Part shown: in pieces, positions 1 through 9,450 of the stretch | Position numbering within the stretch: the first letter of the stretch is position 1 | How the letters are laid out: each line of letters starts with the position of its first letter | DNA from: a virus | Lineage: Duplodnaviria; Caudoviricetes | Strand: one strand, 5' to 3' | Length of the DNA: 35,553 bases | IMG/VR virus record: IMGVR_UViG_3300042465_007798 | Coordinates: 1 to 35,553 of that record | The notes under the pieces: model-generated | What the model saw: only the letters and a program-made list of their open reading frames with translations | Told to the model about the DNA's origin: nothing | The model's database searches: none | Position numbers and translations under genes: made by a program

Positions 1-1174
1 CAAGTGCATCTGAATATTGATCCGGCCATTGTTCTTCAAATGTTGGTCGTGATCGAAGTTGAAGCAGTACATCACGCATGGCGCCAGCGGAGCGGCCTGC
101 TAACTCGTCAATCCATGGTTCCAATAAGTGTCGAGGCAATGACAATGGACTCATTATTATATCTGGAGTAAAACTAAAAATCACCTTGGCCAACAATTCT
201 ACATCGTATTCCCGAGCCAGAGCCTGAATAGCATCTACTTCAAACATGCCCGGTAATGTCAATGTAAAGTCCAAACGCATCTGTCGCCGGTTTTGCTTGT
301 ACTTTAATCCTTGTTCAAAGTTTTTTCTGAACTGTTGGTAATCAAGTCCTGTTCGGATGTATTCTCCAGTGGTTCCGGTTCCATCGATGCTGGCACAGAT
401 TTGCCAATCCCGAACATGAGCCAAAATATCCCGATATAGATTAATACTCCGAAAATCAACGCGACTAAGATTGGTGTTATACCTGGCATATACTCTACCT
501 CCATCATTTAATTCTACTATGCGCTTCATGTAGCGCCAATGTTGTTCGTACATGAGTGGCTCGCCGCCAACCCAATATACTTCTTCTACTCTGTGTTGCT
601 CCACAGCCTCAGCAAATTCTGCTTCAATTTGCGTGTCTTGGAACGCACTTATCTCTGTTCGAACTTCGGGACGCATCCATACATTTTTAGGATTGCCCCA
701 ATCAATCATGTCATGCTGACGTTGTTCGCTTTCCCATGCACTGCTCAACATGTCGCCGCATGTGCGACATTTAAAATTGCAGAGATTGCTGAATCTATAG
801 TCCCAGCTCACTGGTTGCATTGTTGTGGTGCCGTCTTCCAAAGTTGAATCCATTACTTCCGGCCATTTGTGTTGAAACAGATGCCAAAAATAATCTCTGT
901 ACACCGATGTATTTAAAAGTTTGTTGTTGCAGACATCACATTCGGGCAAGGTCTCTCCAATCATCATGCGTTGGCGCACACTCTTCATGTGCTCACTGTT
1001 CCAGTGTTGCTCCAGTGTCATGGGAATGTAGCGTCCTGTGCCTGCACTTGTGTCTATGTACTGCTGAAAATTTTGTGCCGGTTCTCTTGACGCACAGCAC
1101 ATTCTGCGTTCAGTTTGTGGACTTAGATAAGTGTGTGTCCAGGGCGCCAGGCAAAGATTAGGTGGCGGGGTCAA
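1..1174 (-). CDS. Radical SAM protein with N-terminal twitch-like domain (rSAM-6), 3'-truncated by the window edge
   Basis: Hand translation from TTG at 1174 gives MTPPPNLCLAPWTH...RMCCAS...HWNSEHMKSVRQRM...ECDVC...DYRFSNLCNFKCRTCG...YWVGGEPLM...YNTN...ASIDG...EYIRTG, open to position 1. It has CxxxCxxC and GGEP motifs. Absent from the ORF track because no stop lies in the window. Start codon is inferred. Confidence 0.92.
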   Translation of the reverse strand, partial: MTPPPNLCLAPWTHTYLSPQTERRMCCASREPAQNFQQYIDTSAGTGRYIPMTLEQHWNSEHMKSVRQRMMIGETLPECDVCNNKLLNTSVYRDYFWHLFQHKWPEVMDSTLEDGTTTMQPVSWDYRFSNLCNFKCRTCGDMLSSAWESEQRQHDMIDWGNPKNVWMRPEVRTEISAFQDTQIEAEFAEAVEQHRVEEVYWVGGEPLMYEQHWRYMKRIVELNDGGRVYARYNTNLSRVDFRSINLYRDILAHVRDWQICASIDGTGTTGEYIRTGLDYQQFRKNFEQGLKYKQNRRQMRLDFTLTLPGMFEVDAIQALAREYDVELLAKVIFSFTPDIIMSPLSLPRHLLEPWIDELAGRSAGAMRDVLLQLRSRPTFEEQWPDQYSDAL

Positions 1175-2378
1175 AACTGTATCCAATCAATTCAGCAAAC
1201 TCGGGCGACACTTTACACAAACTCTGATTGCGTCGACGATCCAGTGTTTCTATCTGCATGCGTAACACACGCCCGTCAGTGCTGGCTCCGCCATTCATAA
1301 AGTCAACGATGCCTTGAAACTCAATTTGATTCTGCAACGATATACGGGCTTGTTGCAGGCGCTGTGTAATGGCTGATTTGGCTGTTTCTGGCAGGGTTGA
1401 CACACTGAAATACCAAGCGTCATGCATGATATTCCAATAAACAAAATCAAATTGTTGTTGATCAATCCAATTTGCAACTTCTTCAATGTAATACACATTG
1501 AATACATTCACTGTGGTGCACACTTGCAGACGAATATTGCGCAGTCTTGTCTGCATGTTTTTAAAAAGAGCAATGTTTTCAACCACGTTGTTCCATACAG
1601 CATTGGTTCTTTGATATTCAAATCTTTCATTGACATCATCAATGCTAAAAGCAATTTCTACTGTGCGAAAATGCTGCCATATTTCTTCGGCTCGAGCTGG
1701 ATACTGTGTACCATTTGTGTTGTAGTGTATTTCAACTTGATGTGCAATACCACGATCCACAATGCCCTGCAACATGTCAAAATGCTCTTCAATCATGAAT
1801 GGTTCACCACCAGTGAATTCGATGTAGCGAATATCATTTAATGACTCATCAATTTGATTCCAAAATTGTTGATTTTCTCGGGGCCAGGCCCCGGCCTTTA
1901 ACATTTGATAATGAAAGTTCTTTTTTCGATCCACCGAAGAGTCATGGGCGATTTCTTCCACGGCAAAGGTACTTGAACTCCAACTGCCGCAAATCCTACA
2001 TTTTAGATTGCAGATATTGCCCAGCTTTAGGTCCAAAAACATCAAGGGTTTGGCATCTTCAGTCCAAGACTGATCTAGCAGTATGTGTTTGAGTCTGTCC
2101 AGGGTGTGCATGCGTTTGCTGGTGCGTCCTGCACTTTCTTCGTTCCAGCATTTACGACAAGTCTGCGGAGTTTGGCCCGACAAAAATTCATTGCGTAGTT
2201 TACGCATGTGTTTGCTGTTTTGTATCTCAGCAAAGTCAGCAGTCATTAAACTGAACTTGTTGCCTTGGTCATCTACAATTTCATCATCGGCCAGGCAACA
2301 CGGTCGCACAGTGCCAATGGGACTGGCCTCCAAGCTTATCCAGGGCAGTACGCAGAATTTGGGTTGTGGTATATTCAT
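1158..2378 (-). CDS. Radical SAM protein with N-terminal twitch-like domain (rSAM-5)
   Basis: FCVLPW...RPCC...CRKCW N-terminal Cys set, CNLKCRIC, FTGGEPF, YNTNG, SIDD. Start moved from 2414 to ATG 2378 (MNIPQPK), which gives an ATGA overlap with the upstream stop. Confidence 0.93.
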   Translation of the reverse strand: MNIPQPKFCVLPWISLEASPIGTVRPCCLADDEIVDDQGNKFSLMTADFAEIQNSKHMRKLRNEFLSGQTPQTCRKCWNEESAGRTSKRMHTLDRLKHILLDQSWTEDAKPLMFLDLKLGNICNLKCRICGSWSSSTFAVEEIAHDSSVDRKKNFHYQMLKAGAWPRENQQFWNQIDESLNDIRYIEFTGGEPFMIEEHFDMLQGIVDRGIAHQVEIHYNTNGTQYPARAEEIWQHFRTVEIAFSIDDVNERFEYQRTNAVWNNVVENIALFKNMQTRLRNIRLQVCTTVNVFNVYYIEEVANWIDQQQFDFVYWNIMHDAWYFSVSTLPETAKSAITQRLQQARISLQNQIEFQGIVDFMNGGASTDGRVLRMQIETLDRRRNQSLCKVSPEFAELIGYSFDPAT

Positions 2379-3640
2379 AACAGAGCTTTTAATTCTGGAA
2401 TAATATCCAAACAACGTTCATTTCTAATGCCATCTAACTCGTGTGTTTTGCGCCAAAATGTATCAATTAAATTAGTATTATCTGTGGCATTCATGAAAGT
2501 GATGGCGCTTTCAAATCCTTGTCTAGCTCGTCCCAAAGGATCGCCAGCTTGTTCAAGCCAAGCAATGTGATCATGATACAATGCTGTTAGTTTCTTTTTG
2601 TACTCAGCAGGGGCTATGTCTATTCTGTAGTAGGCAGGGTCTTGTAGTATATTTACATTCAAGTCCTGTGCTCGAATCAACCCTTGCTCTACCCAGGCAC
2701 GATGAAACTGGGGCAAATGCATGGCATTCATGATGCTCAAAGTAGGACTGATGTAAAAGTCTACTTCTGGACATATGGCCAACATGTCTCTACGGTTCTG
2801 CTCCACAGTTGCCCAGTTGGTACCTTTGCGTATGTACTCTCCACGTGCGCCCATGTCGTCTAAGCTGGCGCCTACGGCCACAGATTTAAATTTTTTCCAG
2901 TATTCAAATACACTGCGACCTTTAAGATCAGTGTGCGTAAAGTTTGTATTATAAATCAATCTAACATCTGTACGTCCGCGGCGCACCAATTCTTCTAGAA
3001 TGCGATAGTGTTCTTCCATTAATAATGGTTCACCGCCGGCAAAATATATTTGTTCTACGTAATCTAAATGCGGCTCTAGTTGTGTCCACATGTCTGTTTC
3101 TGTGCGGCCTGCATAATTTAGCACAGTATTTCGATCTTTCCATTCGGGGCCTGCTAGTTTTGCTTGATCCTGGTACCACTGGCTACTAAAGATGTGCCCA
3201 CAGCTACGGCATTTTAAGTTGCACAAGTTGCTGAAACGAATATCCCAGTATGCCATTTCAAAAGGTGTTGTTTCCAGTTTTTTGATATGATGCCCGTGAT
3301 GCTTGTTGGCACTACGGCGCCCACTAAAGAAACCCGACTCTTCTTGTTCATAACACCGAGTGCAGGCCGCATGTGGCGTTTCACTCAACATATCAGTACG
3401 TAGCTGTTGCATGGGTACGCCATGCCAAATTTCTTCCAATGTTTGTGTGCGACAATTGCCCACAACACCTGGTTTCATTTCAGCATGGCAGCAAGGATAA
3501 GCTTCACCAGTGGGGTAGGCATGCAAATGTATCCACGGATAGATACAGAACGTCTTAGAATCTCGTAACAAGAATTCTTCACGCTCTGTGAGTTCAGTTG
3601 GCTTTACTAAATCAGTTGAGTTATAATTATAAGCTGTCAT
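2375..3640 (-). CDS. Radical SAM protein with N-terminal twitch-like domain (rSAM-4)
   Basis: FCIYPW...YPCC...VGN...LEEIW...CTRCY, CNLKCRSC, FAGGEPL, YNTN, SLDD...EYIRKG. Confidence 0.94.
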   Translation of the reverse strand: MTAYNYNSTDLVKPTELTEREEFLLRDSKTFCIYPWIHLHAYPTGEAYPCCHAEMKPGVVGNCRTQTLEEIWHGVPMQQLRTDMLSETPHAACTRCYEQEESGFFSGRRSANKHHGHHIKKLETTPFEMAYWDIRFSNLCNLKCRSCGHIFSSQWYQDQAKLAGPEWKDRNTVLNYAGRTETDMWTQLEPHLDYVEQIYFAGGEPLLMEEHYRILEELVRRGRTDVRLIYNTNFTHTDLKGRSVFEYWKKFKSVAVGASLDDMGARGEYIRKGTNWATVEQNRRDMLAICPEVDFYISPTLSIMNAMHLPQFHRAWVEQGLIRAQDLNVNILQDPAYYRIDIAPAEYKKKLTALYHDHIAWLEQAGDPLGRARQGFESAITFMNATDNTNLIDTFWRKTHELDGIRNERCLDIIPELKALL

Positions 3641-4958
3641 ACCATTCTTTTAAGTTGGAAAATGTACGCCCAAAGTCTTTGTTTCTACGTGCATCATACT
3701 GTGAATAAAATTCTTTAAAATCATTCAATAATTTTGGCTGGTCAAATGCATCACTGTGTGGTGTTTTGACTACGTCCAAATAATCAACCAGACGCTGTAG
3801 GTGATTAATTTCGTGCTCATGCAGGGCTGGATTGTTTCTATTGCGCCACAACCAATTTTTTAAATCATACATGTAATTTGATTTCAGGTTGTCTGGCAGC
3901 ACCAATGCACTTTGAAAACTAGGAAAACGTAAAATATTCAAAGTAAAATTCAATTTGTCACGCCCATATTTTGCTTTCCATTGCAACATGTGATCTAAAA
4001 ACTGCGGCAAGCTATCCAAGCACAAGGCATTTATTGTGCACATTATGTGTATGCTTCTAATCTGTCCGCTGTCTAGTAGGCGTGTGACATTGGTGATCCA
4101 ATCTTTCCAAACTAATCCATCACGTATATACTCTGCGTGTCCGGACATGCTTTCGTTGCTGGTATAAAGATCTACATTTAACCCGTTGACACTGGCCAGC
4201 AGGCGATCAATATCTACGTCGGTGCCCAGGTTACTATTGATTGCTAACCGAGTATTAGATCTGCCTGGATTATCTCGGAACCAATCTATCAGCTTCCAAG
4301 TATGTGACGACATCAGCGGTTCACCACCGGTGATTCTTAGTTCTTGGAGAGTCCGATGCAGATCGCTTTCCCACCAAGCAAAGAACGCTTCAATATAGGG
4401 ATTGGTTTCTCCAAATTTATAAAGCTGTGCACCAGGGTGTTCGTGTGTGAAATGATTTCGGCCATCTGATTGTAACTTGAGGTAAGGTCCATTTTTTTTG
4501 ATATCATTGACCCATGTTGTACTAAAAGCCGGGTTGCAATAGCTACAAGCAAACTGACAAGTTCGATCAAAGGCAATTTCCAAGGTGCGCAGATCAACAT
4601 CTTCATCCACAGGTGTTTGCTGTGCTTGACTTAACAACTCTATGGGGTAAATGCGACTTTTGTACACACGGTCGCTGATGGCATTGCGATCCATGTCTTC
4701 AATTTTCCAACAATACTCACACCCTGCCGGTCGTTCACCACGTTGCATCATTGCACGATCAGCTTTCTTTTGATCAGTATTGTGCAACAGCTTAGGGTTA
4801 GCACTGACTCGATCTTTGTCAACTAAATGAGCTGGCGGGTGATGGCAGCTTGTGGTCTGCCCACTGCCCAACCATATGGTGGCGTTGTACCATTTGGCTG
4901 CACAAAAACTGGCACTGTTGGTGTCCAATACTTGTTGTTTGAATTCAGAGTCGTTCAT
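3627..4958 (-). CDS. Radical SAM protein with N-terminal twitch-like domain, CxAKW/SCxHPP subtype (rSAM-3)
   Basis: FCAAKW...SCHHPPAH...LHNT...CEYCW, CQFACSYC, ITGGEPLM, EYIRDG. Confidence 0.93.
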   Translation of the reverse strand: MNDSEFKQQVLDTNSASFCAAKWYNATIWLGSGQTTSCHHPPAHLVDKDRVSANPKLLHNTDQKKADRAMMQRGERPAGCEYCWKIEDMDRNAISDRVYKSRIYPIELLSQAQQTPVDEDVDLRTLEIAFDRTCQFACSYCNPAFSTTWVNDIKKNGPYLKLQSDGRNHFTHEHPGAQLYKFGETNPYIEAFFAWWESDLHRTLQELRITGGEPLMSSHTWKLIDWFRDNPGRSNTRLAINSNLGTDVDIDRLLASVNGLNVDLYTSNESMSGHAEYIRDGLVWKDWITNVTRLLDSGQIRSIHIMCTINALCLDSLPQFLDHMLQWKAKYGRDKLNFTLNILRFPSFQSALVLPDNLKSNYMYDLKNWLWRNRNNPALHEHEINHLQRLVDYLDVVKTPHSDAFDQPKLLNDFKEFYSQYDARRNKDFGRTFSNLKEWYDSL

Positions 4959-6097
4959 TGTATGTTAGATTGAATAAAATTAAATAGATTTTCGGGCAAC
5001 GTGCTGTCTTGTTCCTGTTGAAACTCACGTAAACGATATTGATTATATTTACAGATATCTTTGCAGGCTGCCAAGAATTCAGACAAGTTGCTGGCGCAGA
5101 GATCTTCAACTACCTGGGCAATTCGTGTAATACGATCAAGATCATTTTCTATTGTATCAAAACTTTCGTCAATTACGCTCCTAAAAGTTTTAAATCCAAT
5201 ATTGCGCATGTCTCGATAAAATCCTGCGTTGGCCACTGCAATCCAGGGGTGTGACATGGCTATAGGCTTCCATATCTTTTCTGTGCGGAAACTGTAGGGA
5301 TTGTGAAAAACAGTTTCGGTTACCAGGCTAAAGTAAGTGTCAATGTAGGGTTCGGCCTTGATGTAAGCTTCGCCCCACTCGTTATTGAACAAACTGTACT
5401 TGACTAGACTGGTGTCAGTGGTATCTAGATTATCAATTTGGTCGCTGTATCTATCAACTTCGTAGTATTTGGGCAACAACTGAATTGGTGATTCTCTCTC
5501 CATTAAATTTTCTCCGTTGTGCATCATTGGTAGTCTAGTACTACCAATCGTGCCCAATGAACTTAGACAGGTGTACAAACTTTGTTCAAGTAGTCCCGAC
5601 ACTCTAAATTTTTCCAACAGCCATTTTCGGTGCTGTCGATGCCGGCCATTTAAAAATAAAAATTTATAAGGCTTGTGTGTTTTTTCATAAATCTCCGGCC
5701 AACGTTTTGATGTTGGAATATTTCCTTCAATTTTAAGCAAGTTGTGACCAAAACCATCATACTTGTGATAACAAAATTCAGGATTCATATCTCCACCAGC
5801 CAATATCATTATTTTTCTTGCCTGGGCCAGGTCCATTAAATTATATCGATTTAATTGTCCCAGCATGGTGTCTGACCCTTCCCAGGGGTTACTGAAAATA
5901 ATGTGTGCGATTCCTGACTCTGCTACTTCTCGTATAAGACTGTTGTAACGTTCAAATTGCCAGCGACCCATTAGATATACTGCACCTGGTTCAATAGTTA
6001 CTTGGTCAAAATTTTTAAATTCAACATCAAGGAATGGTTCAATAATTGAGTAAATCTCGCAGTGATACTCACCATAGAGCTTAAAGTTTTTTTGCAT
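4955..6097 (-). CDS. Putative glycosyltransferase (GT-B fold, GT10/fucosyltransferase-like C-terminal motif)
   Basis: YFSLVTET...FRTEKIWKPIAMSHPWIAV resembles the GT10-type F-x-L-x-x-E...TEK...P nucleotide-sugar motif. Start MQKNF (6097) is preferred over 6124 because it reduces the overlap. Confidence 0.55.
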   Translation of the reverse strand: MQKNFKLYGEYHCEIYSIIEPFLDVEFKNFDQVTIEPGAVYLMGRWQFERYNSLIREVAESGIAHIIFSNPWEGSDTMLGQLNRYNLMDLAQARKIMILAGGDMNPEFCYHKYDGFGHNLLKIEGNIPTSKRWPEIYEKTHKPYKFLFLNGRHRQHRKWLLEKFRVSGLLEQSLYTCLSSLGTIGSTRLPMMHNGENLMERESPIQLLPKYYEVDRYSDQIDNLDTTDTSLVKYSLFNNEWGEAYIKAEPYIDTYFSLVTETVFHNPYSFRTEKIWKPIAMSHPWIAVANAGFYRDMRNIGFKTFRSVIDESFDTIENDLDRITRIAQVVEDLCASNLSEFLAACKDICKYNQYRLREFQQEQDSTLPENLFNFIQSNIQ

Positions 6098-7466
6098 GAT
6101 ACTCACATTCTTGCCACCAGGCACGCATTTCAGGAAATGTTGCTAAAAAATCAGTGCCACGACGACGATCGTGTTCATTAAAAAAACGATAAAAGTCTGC
6201 CTTAATAAGAGAGTTGTCATTTTTTTGACCTTCTCTCATCCAAGCAATGTCTCTGCGCAATCGTTGTACTTCGTAGTCTTTGAATCCATGAAATGGATCA
6301 TCTTCGGTTTCTAAATTAAGCTCCATCCAGTCTGCTGTGCGTTCTAATATGCCAGCATAGGCTTCGGGCAAGATTTGTAAACTTTGCCAAGCAGGTTGCC
6401 TTAGTACTGGAGTATCAAACCACACACGCTGATAGGTATGGCTGTGTTGTTGACGTAATTGTAAAATCCATTCTAATTGACGCTGTAATCCCAGTACGCT
6501 GAGATTATTCATGGTGATAATAAATGTCAAACTGTTGCGACTGGGAATGTCATGTAAAAAGTGATTGACGCGGCTTTTTACGCGATGAAAGTCCATGCCA
6601 CTTCTAATGTACTCAGCATGCTCTGCGATGCCCGAATCCAAGCTGACATACTGCATGAAGTGTTCGATGTTGCTGTTGCAGAGATTTTTTACATAGTCAA
6701 AGTATTTGTTCCACAACTGTGGTTCCACACTCAAGTTACTGGTAACATTCAAGTGCAGGTCTGGCTTGGGCAGGGCCAACACATAGTCAAACACTCGATA
6801 CGTGTTTCGATCCATGAGTGGTTCGCCACCGGTCATGCGGAAATGTCGTAGTCGGGGGTATAATGTGGGCCACCACTCCCAAAACGCATCAACATAGGGA
6901 TTGTGTTCGCGCACAGGAATAGGTCGGTTACGGCCAACAAAATGGCTGGGATCATTGTGTGTGGTGCTGGTGGGATAGCCGCCCAGGCGATCTACTTCAT
7001 CTTGCCAGCTACTGCTGAATTGCGGACTGCAATAACTGCATTTGAGGTTGCAGGCATGATTAAAATTGACTTCTACATAAGTGGGTACAACATCGTCTTC
7101 AAGCCCAGTGCTGTTTTTGATAGCGTCATAGTCACTGGCAGCCCAAGGCTCGCCACTGCGATAATGTCGATCACTGAGTTTGCCCAAATCTTCCATGTTC
7201 CAGCAGTAGGAACATTCACTTGGGCGCTCGTTACGCAACATAATTTGTCGTTGTTGCTTTTTATGAGGAGTATTGTGCAATTGCCCTGGATTTTCTTTTA
7301 ATCCGTCAACAGGTATTTGATGCAGTGGTGGATGATAACAACTGTTATTAAGCCCTGTAGGCAAGTGCAGACTCACTTGTTTCCATTTGGCCAAACACAA
7401 GGCCGGCCCTAATTTCTCTTGCATTTGTTCAGCCGCTGTTAGAAACACTGATTTTGTATGCGCCAT
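6081..7466 (-). CDS. Radical SAM protein with N-terminal twitch-like domain, CxAKW/SCxHPP subtype (rSAM-2)
   Basis: LCLAKW...SCYHPPLH...LHNT...CSYCW, CNLKCSYC, MTGGEPLM, SLDS...EYIRSG. Confidence 0.93.
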   Translation of the reverse strand: MAHTKSVFLTAAEQMQEKLGPALCLAKWKQVSLHLPTGLNNSCYHPPLHQIPVDGLKENPGQLHNTPHKKQQRQIMLRNERPSECSYCWNMEDLGKLSDRHYRSGEPWAASDYDAIKNSTGLEDDVVPTYVEVNFNHACNLKCSYCSPQFSSSWQDEVDRLGGYPTSTTHNDPSHFVGRNRPIPVREHNPYVDAFWEWWPTLYPRLRHFRMTGGEPLMDRNTYRVFDYVLALPKPDLHLNVTSNLSVEPQLWNKYFDYVKNLCNSNIEHFMQYVSLDSGIAEHAEYIRSGMDFHRVKSRVNHFLHDIPSRNSLTFIITMNNLSVLGLQRQLEWILQLRQQHSHTYQRVWFDTPVLRQPAWQSLQILPEAYAGILERTADWMELNLETEDDPFHGFKDYEVQRLRRDIAWMREGQKNDNSLIKADFYRFFNEHDRRRGTDFLATFPEMRAWWQECEYHAKKL

Positions 7467-8530
7467 TAAATGCCTAACAAAGATTGTAGCCTCGAAGATA
7501 ACAATAGTCTAGTCTCATGTTTTACTGATTGCACAATTTCTTTGCACTCAGCGTAAAGAGTATGGGTTTGATCCAAGACATTGTTATCTAAATACGTACC
7601 ATTTTTTATGGTCCATGTATCCGGTGTTTCTACTTGATCATAGTTCCAGGTCGCCCAATCATCAAGATTTGTTAAATTCCCCCTGAAGTTGTATTTGTTA
7701 ATAAGATTAACAAAGTTTGGTATATCTCTGAAATTATTTTTTTGCACAACAAACATTAAATTGACTAGATGAGATAGATTGTTATCATATAGAAATTCAA
7801 AATTCTCTATTAGTGTTTCCCAGCTACCCCCAAGTCGCACTTTTTCATAGACTTCCTTTGCCCCGGCATCAATGCTGATACGATATTCAGTTATTCTATC
7901 AAACAATGCCGTCTTGGGCAACTGTTTCTTTATCAACAATCCATTAGTAAACAAGGTGAACGTTTGTGTATCTTTTCCTAGGTACGAATGTAACAATGGT
8001 CTAGATATTAAACTGGCCAATGGATCGCCGCTACACGATAATAGTATATGTACCCTTGGTTCAAAGTTGTTTAACAGCTCAATGGCATGTGTAAATGCTG
8101 CCAACTTTTCTTCGTATAGTGGTCCAGAGTCGTACAATCGTTTTTCTCGACGACAACTAGGACATTGTAAATTACAACTGTCATCAATGGCAAAAATTAC
8201 CTGGTAATGTGGTTCATTAATACTGCGGTGCTTAACACCACAGTGGTCAACAGCACACCATGTAAACTTTTTATCTTTTACATCATTTTGAATTTCATGA
8301 GCTCGGGGGTTATCCCATATATCTTCTAATCGAGCAAAGTCAGTTATCTTGCCAACTGGTCGTGGCAACCATCCCGTACAAATGCATACATTGCAATTTG
8401 TAAACATATCAATTTCTACCGTTTTATATGGACGATTGCAAGAATTCGTTATAGGTTGCGCCGCCAGGCGGCCCCTGGGGTGACTTTTCATTACATAACT
8501 ATATGCAACATTGGGATCGCTTTCTTGCAT
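7466..8530 (-). CDS. Divergent radical SAM protein with N-terminal Cys-rich domain (rSAM-1)
   Basis: CNRPY...CNVCIC...VG...LEDIW...CAVDHC, CNLQCPSC, SGDPL in place of GGEP, TNGLL, ISIDAG...YEKVRLGG. Confidence 0.9.
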   Translation of the reverse strand: MQESDPNVAYSYVMKSHPRGRLAAQPITNSCNRPYKTVEIDMFTNCNVCICTGWLPRPVGKITDFARLEDIWDNPRAHEIQNDVKDKKFTWCAVDHCGVKHRSINEPHYQVIFAIDDSCNLQCPSCRREKRLYDSGPLYEEKLAAFTHAIELLNNFEPRVHILLSCSGDPLASLISRPLLHSYLGKDTQTFTLFTNGLLIKKQLPKTALFDRITEYRISIDAGAKEVYEKVRLGGSWETLIENFEFLYDNNLSHLVNLMFVVQKNNFRDIPNFVNLINKYNFRGNLTNLDDWATWNYDQVETPDTWTIKNGTYLDNNVLDQTHTLYAECKEIVQSVKHETRLLLSSRLQSLLGI

Positions 8531-9450
8531 TACCAGCCCTCCTGTTCACGTATGACATCAATCTCACGAGTCATAACACCACGATTATGCCAATTACTGA
8601 GATAGTGATGTTTAAAAAACTTACTTTGTTCCGGATATAAAAATACCACAGACAAATCTAGTTGTTGTTGCAGGGGTTCTGCTGTGCGTTGTATAATTTC
8701 TGTGGGGTCAGCGTAAGAGTTCCAAATTCTAGATAGTGCATCAAAGTCTTGTACTTCTCTATAGTCCCAGTCGGTCAACATTGTCATGTAGGTGCCTTGC
8801 CTTGCACCAGCCATGGCCCACAATCCTTGGTCAACATCACTACCAACATTGTGCCATATGGTTAAATGATCAAGATTTCGTCGGTGCACACGATCTCGAA
8901 ACTCGTTTAGACTGGGCCTACGACCTCGATCCAGACACATTTTGACACCTTCACGGAATCCTGCACGCCAAGCTTGGAAAGGACTTTGATTAGGATATGT
9001 TGTAGAATAGCAGTCGTGCATGGCCCAATACAAGGGATCAAAACAAAATTCAACTGCGGTTTCATCCGTGCCATCTGTGTGCTCGTGTGTGCGCATGTTG
9101 TTGACAAATGTTTGAGTCCAGGAACTAATACCGCCATTGCCGTACATTAATCCATTGATGTGATTGCGAGCACGCCAACGGAACACTGCTTGTTCCCATT
9201 CTTCGTTGGGCAGTTCTAATGTGAGATTAAAAAACTTTTCGTCTGGCAAATTATCGCCATCAATTAAAATAAATCTTTCCGTGTCGCTGGCAGCGGCAGC
9301 GGCCTTGTGTGCGGCATCGCTGCCTTTGACTCCGCCCACACGTTTTGCCCAAGGTATCATATTTTTAATTTTTACCCAAAACTCTTCTCTTTCAGGTTCG
9401 TCATAGCTGAGATATATGCAGTCAAGGTCTGCAATGTCAATTTGTTTCAT
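8530..9450 (-). CDS. Putative glycosyltransferase (GT-A-like)
   Basis: Short N-terminal beta/alpha unit (CIYLSYDEP), then GVKGSDAAHKAAA...FILIDGDN, a DxD after a hydrophobic strand. Lies in the GT/rSAM operon. Confidence 0.6.
   Translation of the reverse strand: MKQIDIADLDCIYLSYDEPEREEFWVKIKNMIPWAKRVGGVKGSDAAHKAAAAASDTERFILIDGDNLPDEKFFNLTLELPNEEWEQAVFRWRARNHINGLMYGNGGISSWTQTFVNNMRTHEHTDGTDETAVEFCFDPLYWAMHDCYSTTYPNQSPFQAWRAGFREGVKMCLDRGRRPSLNEFRDRVHRRNLDHLTIWHNVGSDVDQGLWAMAGARQGTYMTMLTDWDYREVQDFDALSRIWNSYADPTEIIQRTAEPLQQQLDLSVVFLYPEQSKFFKHHYLSNWHNRGVMTREIDVIREQEGW

Noticed and set aside
304-507. 67-aa minus-strand ORF with a convincing-looking transmembrane segment
   Set aside because: It lies wholly inside the rSAM-6 gene in another frame, so it is most likely a shadow ORF.
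539-1161. Cys-rich plus-strand ORFs (102 and 113 aa) as possible RiPP precursors for the rSAMs
   Set aside because: They are antisense to rSAM-6, with no promoter or SD support. Their Cys content reflects the complementary codons.
1-8530. Assignment of the rSAMs as MoaA, PqqE, NrdG, QueE or anSME
   Set aside because: Domain order (N-terminal Cys domain), size and gene context do not fit, and no partner genes of those pathways are in the window.
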